Source of the DNA: Octopus vulgaris
Lineage: Eukaryota
NCBI GenBank assembly: GCA_951406725.2
Contig: OX597819.1
Coordinates: 83,514,001-83,578,000 of the forward strand
Reading direction: 5' to 3'
DNA length: 64,000 nucleotides
In this document: positions 38,959 to 51,108 of the stretch, piece by piece
How positions within the stretch are numbered: position 1 is the first letter of the stretch
Layout: each line of letters opens with the position of its first letter
Notes under the pieces: generated by a model
Told to the model about the DNA's origin: nothing
Databases searched by the model: none
The model's input: only the letters and a program-made list of their open reading frames with translations
Position numbers and translations under genes: made by a program

Positions 38959-41894
38959 ATTTAGTAATTTTAAACTATCATTTTGCTGATTAGGTAAATA
39001 TTTACCATAGAATATTGTTTGCAATTAGATAATACCAACGTTCAAATTAAGCTGCACCACCTGAATTACCTGGTGGTGTAGCTTAATTTGAACGTTTTTC
39101 ACGTAATTCATAACTTAGAAAATGTATAAATATTATAACTTCTCACGCTCTCTCCCCAAAATATACGACATTAGTTTTTCTATATTCATGAAATATTTAT
39201 TTTTCAACATTTGACTTAATTAAACACAGATTCATTGCTTTTCGTCATTATTGATTTCTTACTGAGGCACATTCCCCTCCACCACACACTCACACTCTTC
39301 CGTTAGGTGGCTCATTGAATTTGGAAGAGGGATCCATAGAGATTCGGCATTGGACGCATTTCTCAGCTCCAAAACAGTTCTTTGTTCACTTTGGAAATTT
39401 AAGTTGGATAATGAAAGGATGAGTAACAGATAGGAAACTACTAACACTGGGAGATGACTCAAGCTTAAACTACGCCGGACTGACTCAGGCTGGGACAGAG
39501 GTCTGACAGTTACTTCCCTTTGTTATCACATTTACGTTGATTGCGATTTCGAATTTCTCTTTATTTAGTCGCAATGAGGTCGTGAATCATGAATATAACA
39601 TCCTGTTAGCCCACTACAGGTTTCATGCCGATGGTGTAAAAATGAACGGATGGGGGGAAAAGTAACCGAAATCGTAAAGAACTAGACAGAATCTCTTAAC
39701 GCTATTTAATTTTTACTTTCTCTTCCCGTTTTAATAAAATTTACCAGTAATATCCTACATCGTACTAATTAACTGATATTTTTTTTTTTTTTTTTTCATA
39801 CGTAGCACTCTACTTTCATCTCTCTCTCTCTCCACACACAATAATTGGGTGGGGAAGCGGTTCCGGAAGACAAGACTTCCTTTTGTACACCCCCTAAACA
39901 CCCTTTTTTTTTTGTACACAAACCCTTGTTTTCGGCTACGGAGAATACGAATCTGCAAAAAAATTTGGCAAAAATCGGCATTTTTAAATCCCCCCAATTC
40001 TTCATTTTTCAACTTTTTTCACAATTTTTTTTTGTCAAAATATGCGGAAAAAACGGGGATTAAGATTCTGAAAAAAAATTTCCAAAAATTTTTCGACTTA
40101 GGGTTATGGTTAAGGTTTTAGGGTTAGGGTTGGGATTTTATGATTAGGTCTACGGAAAAAAAGGGAAAATTGAAGAATGGGGAGAGGGCAAAAAAATTCC
40201 GATTTTTAGCAATTTTCCGGAATATTAGTATACGAAAACGTGGGTTTTTGGAAAAAAAAAAAAAAATTAAGCCAATAATTTGCGAGAAAATAGGGGCGGG
40301 GTCTTTCCAAGTGGAATTACGGAAAACAACTCATGCTAGAAAAGTTATGAAAATTCCTTAAGATACGTCGCAGTAACAAGTGATGAGATCATCAAAGAAA
40401 TAAATCGAAACACTCGCCTACAGTGGACCAACGGTAGACTGTAGCGGAACATCTCGTTGCGGCTGACTTCACTTTTATAACTTCGGGGTAGATAGTCACC
40501 ACTACCCTCATATCTGTAACGTTGTGTCTATGAACCATTATTATTTTAAAAGAACACAATTACAAAAAAAAAAAATAATAATAGAAAGAATTATGGTTAA
40601 TGTTTATTATTTATTTTTTAAAAAGTCCTTGTTCGCTGTCTTTCCCCACTCGAAGTCAATAGGTACTAAGGTCGAAGCAGCCGACTATGTACCTTTCTGT
40701 GATTTTAAGAAATCGTAACATATTGTTCCTGTTTTAAATTCTGTTTCAATTAAACTAGTGCATATTTAGATGAAAGAACGTAAGGGCTATTGAATTATCG
40801 GAGAATATATTTCCAGTTTACGAACTTGGTCATTTCAATTACGTTATGAAAAAAATAATTCAGGTTTGAATTTGAACACTTTAATTATCACTTAGTTCCC
40901 AACACTTATGTTCGTGGCCGGAGATTTAAGAACTTTTTTTTATAAAAGCCACAAGTGATTCCTTGTTTAACTTTTTGTATAGAGAGTGGCGGTGGGCATG
41001 TTTTAACAGAGAAAACTAATTATCTTAATTTTGATAAGCTATTTCTATTCCGTTTTGGAAGTAATGATCTGAACACCAATATCAACGGTTTGTTTCCGTC
41101 ATGTTTTCAACATTTGAAATAAAACAAGTTATATATGCAGTCCTTAAATAAAAATAATATAATTTTGTTTGTGTGTGTGTGTGTTCAAAAGTCACTAAAC
41201 GAGGGATTTTTCTCAACTCTGAGTTATGTTCGAATTGAAAAAGATAAACGTGCATGACTACACTTTGGTGATTCTTACCTCCGATTTTATTTTTTTCTTC
41301 ACAACTTACTAAATAACGCGTATTTTTTTATGTAATTTTACAGTGATACGTTTCCGAGGGTGTAGATTACGATTATGTTAACATTTATTTTAAAGAGTTT
41401 GAGATTATTCTCCTCTCTCGACTTCGTTTCTTCACGGCTTTCTTTTAAATGCATATTTTAAATGACATTTTCCAGAAATACATTTACGATAGTGTATAAT
41501 ATTATGTAATGTTGGAGTTTCGAACATAAAATTCTTTTTAAAATGTGGAAAGTGTTCAACTTAGGGAAAATTGGTGGTAACAAAGTTAACGGGGTTAGTG
41601 GTGGGGGAGAGGATGACTCGAAATTCACTTCTCAAGCCATAAAAAGGTTGTTTTGTTTCTGAATATTATCACAACATAATCATGTTTCTCAGAAACGTAT
41701 CTCTGTAAAGTTTCATTTAAAAATATGCATTTTTCAGAAAATTATACAGTAATAAAAATCGCGGGCTGACGGCGCTAAACTGTAGTTACATAATGCGCAT
41801 TTTAATAAGTTGTGTTGTTAGGTGCTTAATAAACAATGACTTTCACTTTGGCTTGGTATAAGAGTTTAGTTTCACTAAAGGCAGAAAACCTTGA

Positions 41895-42222
41895 CTTTTA
41901 CTTGTTCCTGTCATTAAACTGCGGTCATACTAAGGCACCACCTTGAAGAATTTTTAGTCGAATAAATCGACCCAGTACTTTTTACAAAGCTTGATATTAT
42001 ATACGATCTTGTCTGTCTTACTGAACTGCTAAGTTACGGGGACAACAAGCAAACCAACACCGGTTGTCAAGCGATGGTGTTTAACACACACACACATTCT
42101 TTCAGTTTCCGTCTACCAAATCCAATTATGTGGAAGACACATGCTTAAGATGCTACGCAGTGGAACTAAGTGCGGAACCATGTGGTTGGGAAGTAAAATT
42201 CTTACAACACAACCACGCCTGC
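41895..42222 (-). mobile_element. SINE family A copy (CpGs retained)
   Basis: reverse complement of family A. Confidence 0.75.
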
Positions 42223-45200
42223 GATTTGTTAACTTTCTAGTATTCTTTTATATATTTGTTTCCGTAAATTTTTTATATTATTAAAAACTCAATTGTGTTC
42301 AAGTTTAAAGAGATGGTGTCAATTTTTACGATAATAAAAGCGTAGAGCGTAGCTTTGGACCATGGTTAAATAGCTGAGATCACTATTTCGAGTGGACAGC
42401 TCTACCTAAATGCCTGGAATAGGCTCGATGAGATAGAAAGTTTAGGGAGCAAAACTTATAAATCTGGAGTCGGGAACTCCAAAGACGGTCTGGTGTTCTA
42501 CTGGACACTACTCTGAGAACTACTGCAGCGAAGCTAGTGCTAAACGCATTACTCTTCACTCCTTTGAACCATACCAGTCAGAGTGCGAAAGGAATTCTGG
42601 TGTCCGGGACTCTAAGTTCTCCATACATTCAGGTTGTATGGAGAACCCTCGGGTGCTGGAGGTTCTCTGGGGTTGAAGAAGTCACTTCAGTGCACGGACC
42701 AGTTGTGCAAACTGAGAAGACAAATAACAAAAGGCTCGGAAATATGTCAACGCGTGACTGCATTTTTCTAAAGGCAGTCCAACCGTGAACATCCATTCTT
42801 TTTCGAAAAGTGTTCCGTGTCCATTCCACGTTTAAAACCGTGACCATTTCACTTTTTTAAGCTAAAATCTCCCTTATCTCACACTTAATTTTTTTTTTCA
42901 AGACATTGAATAATGTAGTCCGAGTTATGCTAAAATCATGGGATGGTCATATGTGGAATGTTTTCAGTCTTAAGTCTGCCAGATCAGAGCTGACCTGGGG
43001 TTAAATAATAACGAACCGCAAATTTGTGTTATGATTGTATATGTGCGCGCGTGTGAATGCACTGTTGTCACTCAATATATTAGAAATAACAGTTACATTC
43101 CTTATTAGACTAATCCATAGAAATACTAAAAACCAAATAATAACGCACAGTAGACATATTTCAAATAATACTGAAAAAACAAAATGGGATGGTCGTAGCT
43201 GGAATGCCGAAACGACTATAACTGGCGACAAACTTAATCTCAGCTAACGAGGATCCCATTACGCGGTCACACGATCTGTCTTGACGAATCTCCCCTACCT
43301 CTGCATAGTTTTTGTCTGTTGTTGTTATTGTTGATTAGGCTTTGGTCATCCTTGATCCAACAGGCTTGTATAATGAAAGGCGTTTCAGTAATGATTTGGC
43401 TGTTATTTCTAGCAGACTGGGTGGTGACAGTAGAATTCCGCGTTAGATGAGCTGTATCAGCCCGTAGTTGTTGGTCAGCTCTGATCTAGGTAGTCACATG
43501 ATCAAAGGCATTCTGCACGTGATTATCCCATCTTTTACTTTTCAGATCTTATTTAAAATAATGTTTAATGAATTTTAACTACGAAAGTGGCAAGGAATAT
43601 AGCTGGATAACAGCTGTACAGGCACATAAACGAATTTATCGCTAGTTGTCATTGTTGTTAAGCCCCAAATCAGCTTTGATGTAGTATATATCTCTAATGA
43701 AAGGAAGGCGTTAGGGTCAACCAAAATGATTGTTGGGTATGGAGATTTGGGCTAAACAAAAAATAGAGGTGGTCACGGTTTGGAAGCTTTAAAATAAACT
43801 GGATGTGCACAATTTGAACACTTTCTTTTTACAGGACGGGATGGTCGCCTTTGGAACGTTTTTTGAAAGATGAGACTCAACGCGGTTCGGACACCTTTAG
43901 AAAGACGCATGTTTTCGCGCGTTTGTACACTCGAATCCACGCATGCGAAAGGTGTCAAAACGTTTATTCCCAATTTGAGAAATTTTCTATTTCGGCGCCT
44001 AAACTATGGGGTTACTACAGAAACAACGGCGTCAAAGAAAAAAGTGTGTGTGTTGTGTGTTAAACTGAAAGTTTTCAATTTAAAGGAGTTATTTTTATTT
44101 TTATTTCATTTTCCCCGCGGACAGAAACTGATCCACGTTCAATTTGGTTCTTACCAAGTAAAACGACTCTTTATAGACATCCGAAAGTTAGTCTAACAAT
44201 TTTGTAGGAGGATATAGACGATTAAATCAAGTCAGTTGTTGAATACTAATCTCTTAGCGAGATTTCGTATCGGAATATAAGGAAAAGAGAATTGCGGGAT
44301 AATTTGCCCGCCAATCTAGCGATCCTTGAGATGTATTTTGCCCCGCAAAGTTAGCGATCCTATCAAGTTATTACCTTGAAATGGATTATTGTTAGTAATA
44401 ATAATTCTTTTGATACATTTCATTGGTAGTATTAGACAGTAAGAAATTAACTTTAAAATTGGTATTCCTAGCGACGTACGACAAACACTATATTTTGACT
44501 CGAATTGTCATTTTTTAGTCCCAGCATGGACTCCTAGGTCAGCCCTGATCGACTAAATAGGAAATAATCAAGTGTTCCAAGCATATTCATCTTGTATTTA
44601 GATATATCTAGAACTACGGAGATCTTTGAATACAACATGCTACTTTCACTTTCGTGTGCTCAACAGTCGCAGTTCTTACAATTTAAGATAACAAGAGTGT
44701 TTTGTGGAAGATTTGGTTGCCAGTTCTAGCATGTTGAGTTACCGCGTCATTGCAAGTCAATCGACCGAAAATCTGAACTTTGTGACTGATAAACACACAC
44801 ACACACACGGGTTATTTAAATGTACATGTGCGGTGTACACACGTACATTTAAATAACCCGTATCTGTGTGTGTGTGTGTGTTCGGCGATCTTCCACATTA
44901 TAGCTTTTTTCTTCAATTTCAACCGCAGATGACTCAATCACGTGACGTTGTTGTTCCTTAGCCGGTCCTAATTGATTAACCTGTATTCAAAAGCATTCTA
45001 GTCGTAACCATCTCGGGAATTTTCTATAACGGAGCATTTAATACTACATTATCCAACGTAGTTTTTGATGCCATCTGTCTTAAAGGGAAGGGTGCGATTT
45101 AATGAAAATTTGACTACTATTTCTAGCAATCGTAGAAGCTCCCTTGTTTTTATTAGTACCTTTTGTAAAATGAATGAAATAACAGGTGAATTAACAGTTG

Positions 45201-48200
45201 GCGCTATTATAAAAAGGGTAAAACCCGGTTTATCTGTATCGAGAACAATTAGTTCACAGGATTACGTGATTTTTTTTTCTTGAAAGAATCGTTGTTAGTA
45301 AAAGAAATTAACTTAAAAATAGGTATTCTTAGCGACGTACGACAAACACTGTGTTATGAAGGGGAAATTGTCATGTGCTATTAAACACTATATTTTGAAG
45401 GGGGAATTGTAAAGTGCTATTAAACGAAACAATAAAAAGCAAAATTATTCGAAGAAACTTAAATGTATATATAAGTATATGAGACAGAGAAAGAGGGATT
45501 ATTCATGTGTGTGTGTATAATTTGTAAAGGTGGGCATGCATTATATACACATTTGTACGTATATACACCACCGTCATCATCATCGTTTTTAACATACATT
45601 TTTCCCTGCTTGCATGGGTCGGACGGCATAGATTTTCTACGGCCTGTCGCCAATCCTCACCTGTTTCCAAGCAAGATAATGTTACCCTATGGTGTGTGTG
45701 GGGGCATGTTTTTGCAGTGATATTCATTCACAACTATCGTGCGATGTCAAGACAAGGACACAAACGTTCACACACACATACATATGCAGGGCTTCTTCCA
45801 GTTTTCATCAAGGCTTTGGTGGGTGTAGTAAAAGATAGTTGCTCAAAGTGGCGTAGGAGTGAGCCTGAAACCATGTTTTTGGAAAGCAAACTTCTTTAAA
45901 ACACTCACACCTGCTCCCATTTATCTATCTATCTATCCATCTATCTATCTACATGCCATGTGCGGGTGTTTATGCATATGTATGTATATAGTAATGTAAC
46001 AAATGTAAGGTTTATTTAAATGTATATTTTACATGATATTAAAACTTAATAAAGTACTACTTTTCTTTCCATTTATTATTCCTTTCATTTCTTCTGATAA
46101 AGTTTATACTTGCTACGTGACTTAGTCATCTGCTTCCATAAGTGGTGGTGGGGTATTTCCTATTATTCATACAAGGGAGACCACAATTCAACGAGATTTT
46201 TTATACGGTCGCTCGAGGAAGTAGAAATAGCAGTCAAGTCTTTCTCTAATCACACATGATCGTCTTCAGAGAAAATAAATAAAGTAAACGGAAAAGAAAA
46301 AAATGTTAATGAATAATGAGGTAATAGATATACTATGTTTGAATTAAAGATTAAATGAACATGTTTAATCACATGCTTCTTGTGGTTAAAAACAACAATA
46401 TCAATAGATTCAAACATTACGAGCATAAATTTACCGTTGTCGCATCTGTAATCGACTAATGAACATACACCTAAATCAGAAACCATTATTATTTTTGTTG
46501 TAGTATTAGTAATTTGGTGTTAGATTTACAGAATCGTTTACAAAGGCGGAAAAAATACCTTACGGTATTTTTCACCAGCTCTTTCTATTCAAGTTCATAT
46601 CCCGCTGGAGGCTAGTATTGCATTTTAAAACTCCAGGGTGGATAAATTAAGTACCAGTGAAATACTGAGATCGCTTTAATTGTCTAAACCATCATCCCCT
46701 ATTCCGTATTATAAACAATTAGCCATAGCTGTATAGAAATCTACAAATTTTGGAGGTCGCATTAGAATTTCTCTACGAGAAAGTTTGCTTAGATTATAAC
46801 CTGCAACGTACACAAAGAGACATCAATTAGAATAGGCTTTTCATGTAGCACATTTCATCACACCCAGAAGTATGATTGTGAGTTACGATACACTACAAAA
46901 TACTGTAATGATTTGATTCAGTATTCTACTCATCTACTGATAATGATGTTGCAAACTTAATTAGACTTAAACGAACTCTGACTAAAGATGGTTCGGCCAT
47001 GTCTATTATCACCTCATTTTTTTTTCTTAAATATTACTCTATTTTTCAGAGTTTATTTCCACGTCCCGTTCTATTCTTCGGACTTCAAATCCCGCCGAAG
47101 TCAACTTAGCCTGTTAACCATCTTCGTCTTCAATTATATTTAAATATAATTGATAATTGAAAACGAGGCAGTGGGCTTTGACTTAAGGGAGATATAACCG
47201 CTGTTTCAGTAGATCGCTGAACTGTCGAAGAAACTTGTACGTAGTCACTCGATCTAGGAGAAATTGCCTGTGTCTAAAAATCACACTCGACTGTCTTGAA
47301 CTTAAAAATGACACTGGAAAATGTCCTACCTACATACATTTAGTGCTACATTTAAGCATAAACTAAACAAGCTACACTTTAGGTCGCTCTATCCACAGAG
47401 GCCTCAAAATAGCTGAAAGGCATTCGTGTCTTCAGTTTTTATTAGACCTGTTGTAATTTTGTAACACGGGACTGCCAGACTGTGTAACTTAGGACTGTAC
47501 CGAGTTTAAATGCTACACCGTCTCCATTTCCACTGAAGAAACGAGATGGTGGTCTAGGCAACAATGCTTTTGATAATGGGTCCGCTTAATCAAGATTGGC
47601 TCGGGGCTAACAAATGCAGTAACAACATTGAAGGTTCGCACGTATTGAAAAATGTAGTTGGCGAGTCGGACGCGAAGTTTTTGCAAACTCGTTTCGCAAC
47701 CACCTGACACTGGGTTCGTTGCCATCACGTAAGCACTTATGGCAAGAGTCAGCTAATGCTTTAGTGTACAGAATTTGGTAGGCGGAAGTCTGTATGTTTA
47801 TATACACTAGTATATGTATATCTTTCAGCAACGTATAGTTGTCAACACTGGCAAGAAAACACGAAAACCGGTGCTTTTAGACTAACTCCTGCAATCGTAA
47901 ATGCAGTGAACCAGTGATTGACGTTTTTTTTTTTAAAAAAAAAACCTGTTTACAAAATTGCTCTGAAATAAATAAATAAATAGATAGAATAACTTTGAAA
48001 CCCAGTTTCTGTTCCTTATTACAAATTTCGACTTCCCTCTTGCGACTAATATCCGTAACTGAACTTCTCAGCGCACAAGTGTGACAACGAAAACATTCTG
48101 GTTTAAAAAAAAGTGGAAGTAAACTGAACTGAAAGTGACAATAGTTAAAATCCCGTAGTTTTATAAACACTAGCTCCTTGTTGTATTGTATCTTCTAGTC

Positions 48201-48617
48201 ATAGGCATGATCATTTCTGAAATAGCAAATGAGGTACACCGCAGTAAAGTAGTATACCTAAATAACTAACAGAAGTGAAAAACCACGGGGAGGTTTCCTA
48301 GCTTATATAGTATGAACCATTTTTTCAAACTTTTGTTGATTAGGAACATCCATACACAGAAAGGTGGTGGACACTCGCCAAGAAAAACCCAGGTGACAAT
48401 GGGGAATGAGTAATGATTTATTTATATCGTATCTGTAAGAGCATGGGTGACAAAATAGGTTCAAAGACTGAAAAAAGCTTGTATGTACGCATATACGTTC
48501 TATGCATAGTTTTCGTGTTTATTAATATAAGATTTATGGGTTTTCACGTCATTCTCGTTTTCTATCCCAGTTTAGTTTCATATTTTTAGGACAGCCCTCG
48601 ATTGTCATTAATATTTT

Positions 48618-49140
48618 GGCAGAATTCTGGCTTAAGCACCTCATATGGGATTTAAACACCTCATAACATTTATTTTTTGGGAATTTTCAGAAATTTGTGT
48701 TCTACACACGAGAATTCATACAGTTACGAAAAAAAAAGTTTGTGTGTGTATGATTTAGCGGTTATTTTTAGCACCTCTCACAACCACCTGATACCCCCCT
48801 CATTTCTTTCTCTCTCTCTCTCTCTCGCTCTCTCTCTCTGACATGTATTGATGTTTTTCAATATATTTCTTTCCATAAACACATTTAATGGTCCATTGCT
48901 GGGATTTAAGCAAAAAAAATCAGTCTTTATTTTAAAGTTAGATTTTTTTATTAAATCGAAAAAGAGTGGAAATTTAAAGATTTATGGAGGCAGGATTAGT
49001 TTAAAAAATTTTTTTAATTATCTTTTTTTTTCTCTCCTAATTCTATGAATTCTCATGAGTAGAACATAAATTCGCAAAACTTTTCTGAAAATTCCAAAAA
49101 ATAAAAATGTTATGAGGGGTGCTTAAACCAGAATTCTGCC
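48618..49140. mobile_element. MITE with long TIRs, Merlin-like (GG termini, ~8-bp TSD)
   Basis: ggcagaattctggcttaagcacc ... ggtgcttaaaccagaattctgcc; inverted similarity extends ~100 bp inward; flanks aatatttt / aatgtttt. Confidence 0.8.
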
Positions 49141-49184
49141 AATGTTTTTTTTTCAATATTGTTTTCTACTCTAGGCACAAGGCC

Positions 49185-49375
49185 CGAAATGTTGGGGGAG
49201 GGGGGAGGCAATCGATTAGATCGACGTCAGTACGCAACTGGTACTTAATTTATCGAACCCGAAAGGATGAAAGGCAGAGTCGACCTCGGCGGAATTTGAA
49301 CTCAGAACATAGACAGTCGAAATACTGCTAAGCATTTCGCCTGGTGTGCTAACTGTTCTGGCAGCTCGCCACCTT
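49185..49375 (-). mobile_element. SINE family B variant with a different 3' tail
   Basis: reverse complement of the family B head and core. Confidence 0.8.
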
Positions 49376-49927
49376 AAATGTTTTTTCAACATTGTGACAA
49401 AAAAGATTAATAGAATAACAGAAGAAAAGAAACAATATACTGACAGGTTTATGGTCGAACCTGTGGAGATGAAGATCTCCGGCTTTCTTGGACCCTGGAC
49501 CATATTCTTGCTCATTGCTGTTGGGGCAGAGATGGCTATCCGTAAGTGTGAGCCCCATGAGTCAATTAGTTTTTCCCAGCACATCTCCTTCACCATCCTC
49601 TGGGACGTCTTTTCTATTGTCTATTGGGACCATGATGTGGTCTGACAAGCTGTTTTAATAATTTCTTTATTGTAAATATGTTGACAAAAAATTTGAAATG
49701 GAGAATGGACTAAACAGAACAGGAGGAGACACGAGGGTGGAGAGTCACTGAAGAGGTCACAGGAGGTGTGATGAAAGATTTCAGACAAAGGACACTAAAA
49801 TAAGAATAATAATAAAGCTGAAGTGAAGAACGTATATATAGTGTATGTGGTTAATTGGCAAAAAAATATGATCACCGCCAAATATAACCATAAGTTGACA
49901 AAAAATTAGTTTTTGTGTCGGGTCAGG

Positions 49928-50262
49928 ACCCCCTTCAGTCACGACACTGACCATGGGATTGCACCTAGAAAGTTACCCTCCTAGTCACAAGTCTGGGCAA
50001 GGTGGTTTATGGAAGACCAGCAGTCACCCATGCATACCGGCCTCCCCTCTTCACGCCACCAGTGTTATCCAAGGGAAAGGCAGCAGCCGATACAGCTTGA
50101 CACCCGTGACGTCGCAACTCATTTCTACAGCTGAGTTAACTGGAGCAACGTGAAATAAAGTGTCTTGCTCAAGAACACAACACGCAGCCCAGTCCGGGAT
50201 TCGAGCTCACAACCTCACGATCGTAAGCTCAACGCTCTAACCACTGAGCCAAGCGCCTTCAC
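49928..50262 (-). mobile_element. tRNA-derived SINE family C, near full length
   Basis: minus strand gtgaaggcgcttggctcagtggttagagcg (A box) .. gagctcgaatccc (B box) .. cttgagcaagacactttatttcac central domain. Confidence 0.85.
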
Positions 50263-50430
50263 AGTTTTTGTGTAAAGACAAAATAAAAACTTTCTCTCTG
50301 AAAAAAAAAATATAGACAAAATCCAGAGCACAGATTGATTTCAATGGGTGAGCTGAACATGATTTTAAAGTGAGTTCAATTTTCACTCCTGTTTTTCCTG
50401 CCTCTACTACTAATGCTGATGTCTTGGCCA

Positions 50431-51108
50431 CGGAATTTTGTTTCTCACGAGTGTTCCGGACCCCAGTAATGAACTCATTTGCATACAGCCAATCGGAGCT
50501 TACCTTTAAAATCCACATACTGTGTACTAGTACAGTCAGTCAGGCATAGAATTGTGTATGCCACTCTGTGAATACAGCATAGCAGGTCACACATAAACAC
50601 CACATTCCCACCCCACCCCATCCTCCTAGATCAATTGAGCATGGAACTAACATTAGGTACCTATGCTCAGACTGAACAGACTGAGATTAGTGATACTGCA
50701 TGTACCTTTTGATATATGCAAGGAGGGTGCAATATGACACAACACCATATTGATTACAATGTTTCCAGATCAACACCAACATTTTAAATCAGGAATGTAC
50801 CAAATCAGTAAAAAAAATTAGGAAACTACACTCATTTACATTTTCTAGTAAATTATACAAATTGGCAACACTTACGACACCAGCAGTGAGCAGCTCTCCA
50901 TTCACTCTATTCACTAAATTTCACATTTGTCACCCCTATTAACCTGTTTAGAACAGTTAGATTTTGCTATAATGCACATTTTCCACTAAACTCAACTAGA
51001 GTATTTTCGTGACTAGGTGGACATTAGTTTGATAGCTGAGCTCTGATTGGCTGTATGCAAATGAGTTCATAACTGGGGTCTGGAACTCTCGTGGAAAAAA
51101 AGATTTCG
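50431..51108. mobile_element. non-autonomous DNA element with ~65-70 bp TIRs
   Basis: cacgagtgttccggaccccagtaatgaactcatttgcatacagccaatcggagct (to 50500) versus its reverse complement at 51039-51093. Confidence 0.8.

Noticed and set aside
43851-44063. ORF with CxxC (HACERC) suggesting a zinc finger
   Set aside because: No His pair at C2H2 spacing, non-ATG start; likely chance.
47447-47728. possible cassette exon in intron 15 (ag...gtaagc)
   Set aside because: The frames I examined contain stops and there is no myosin similarity; exons 15 and 16 already join in frame.
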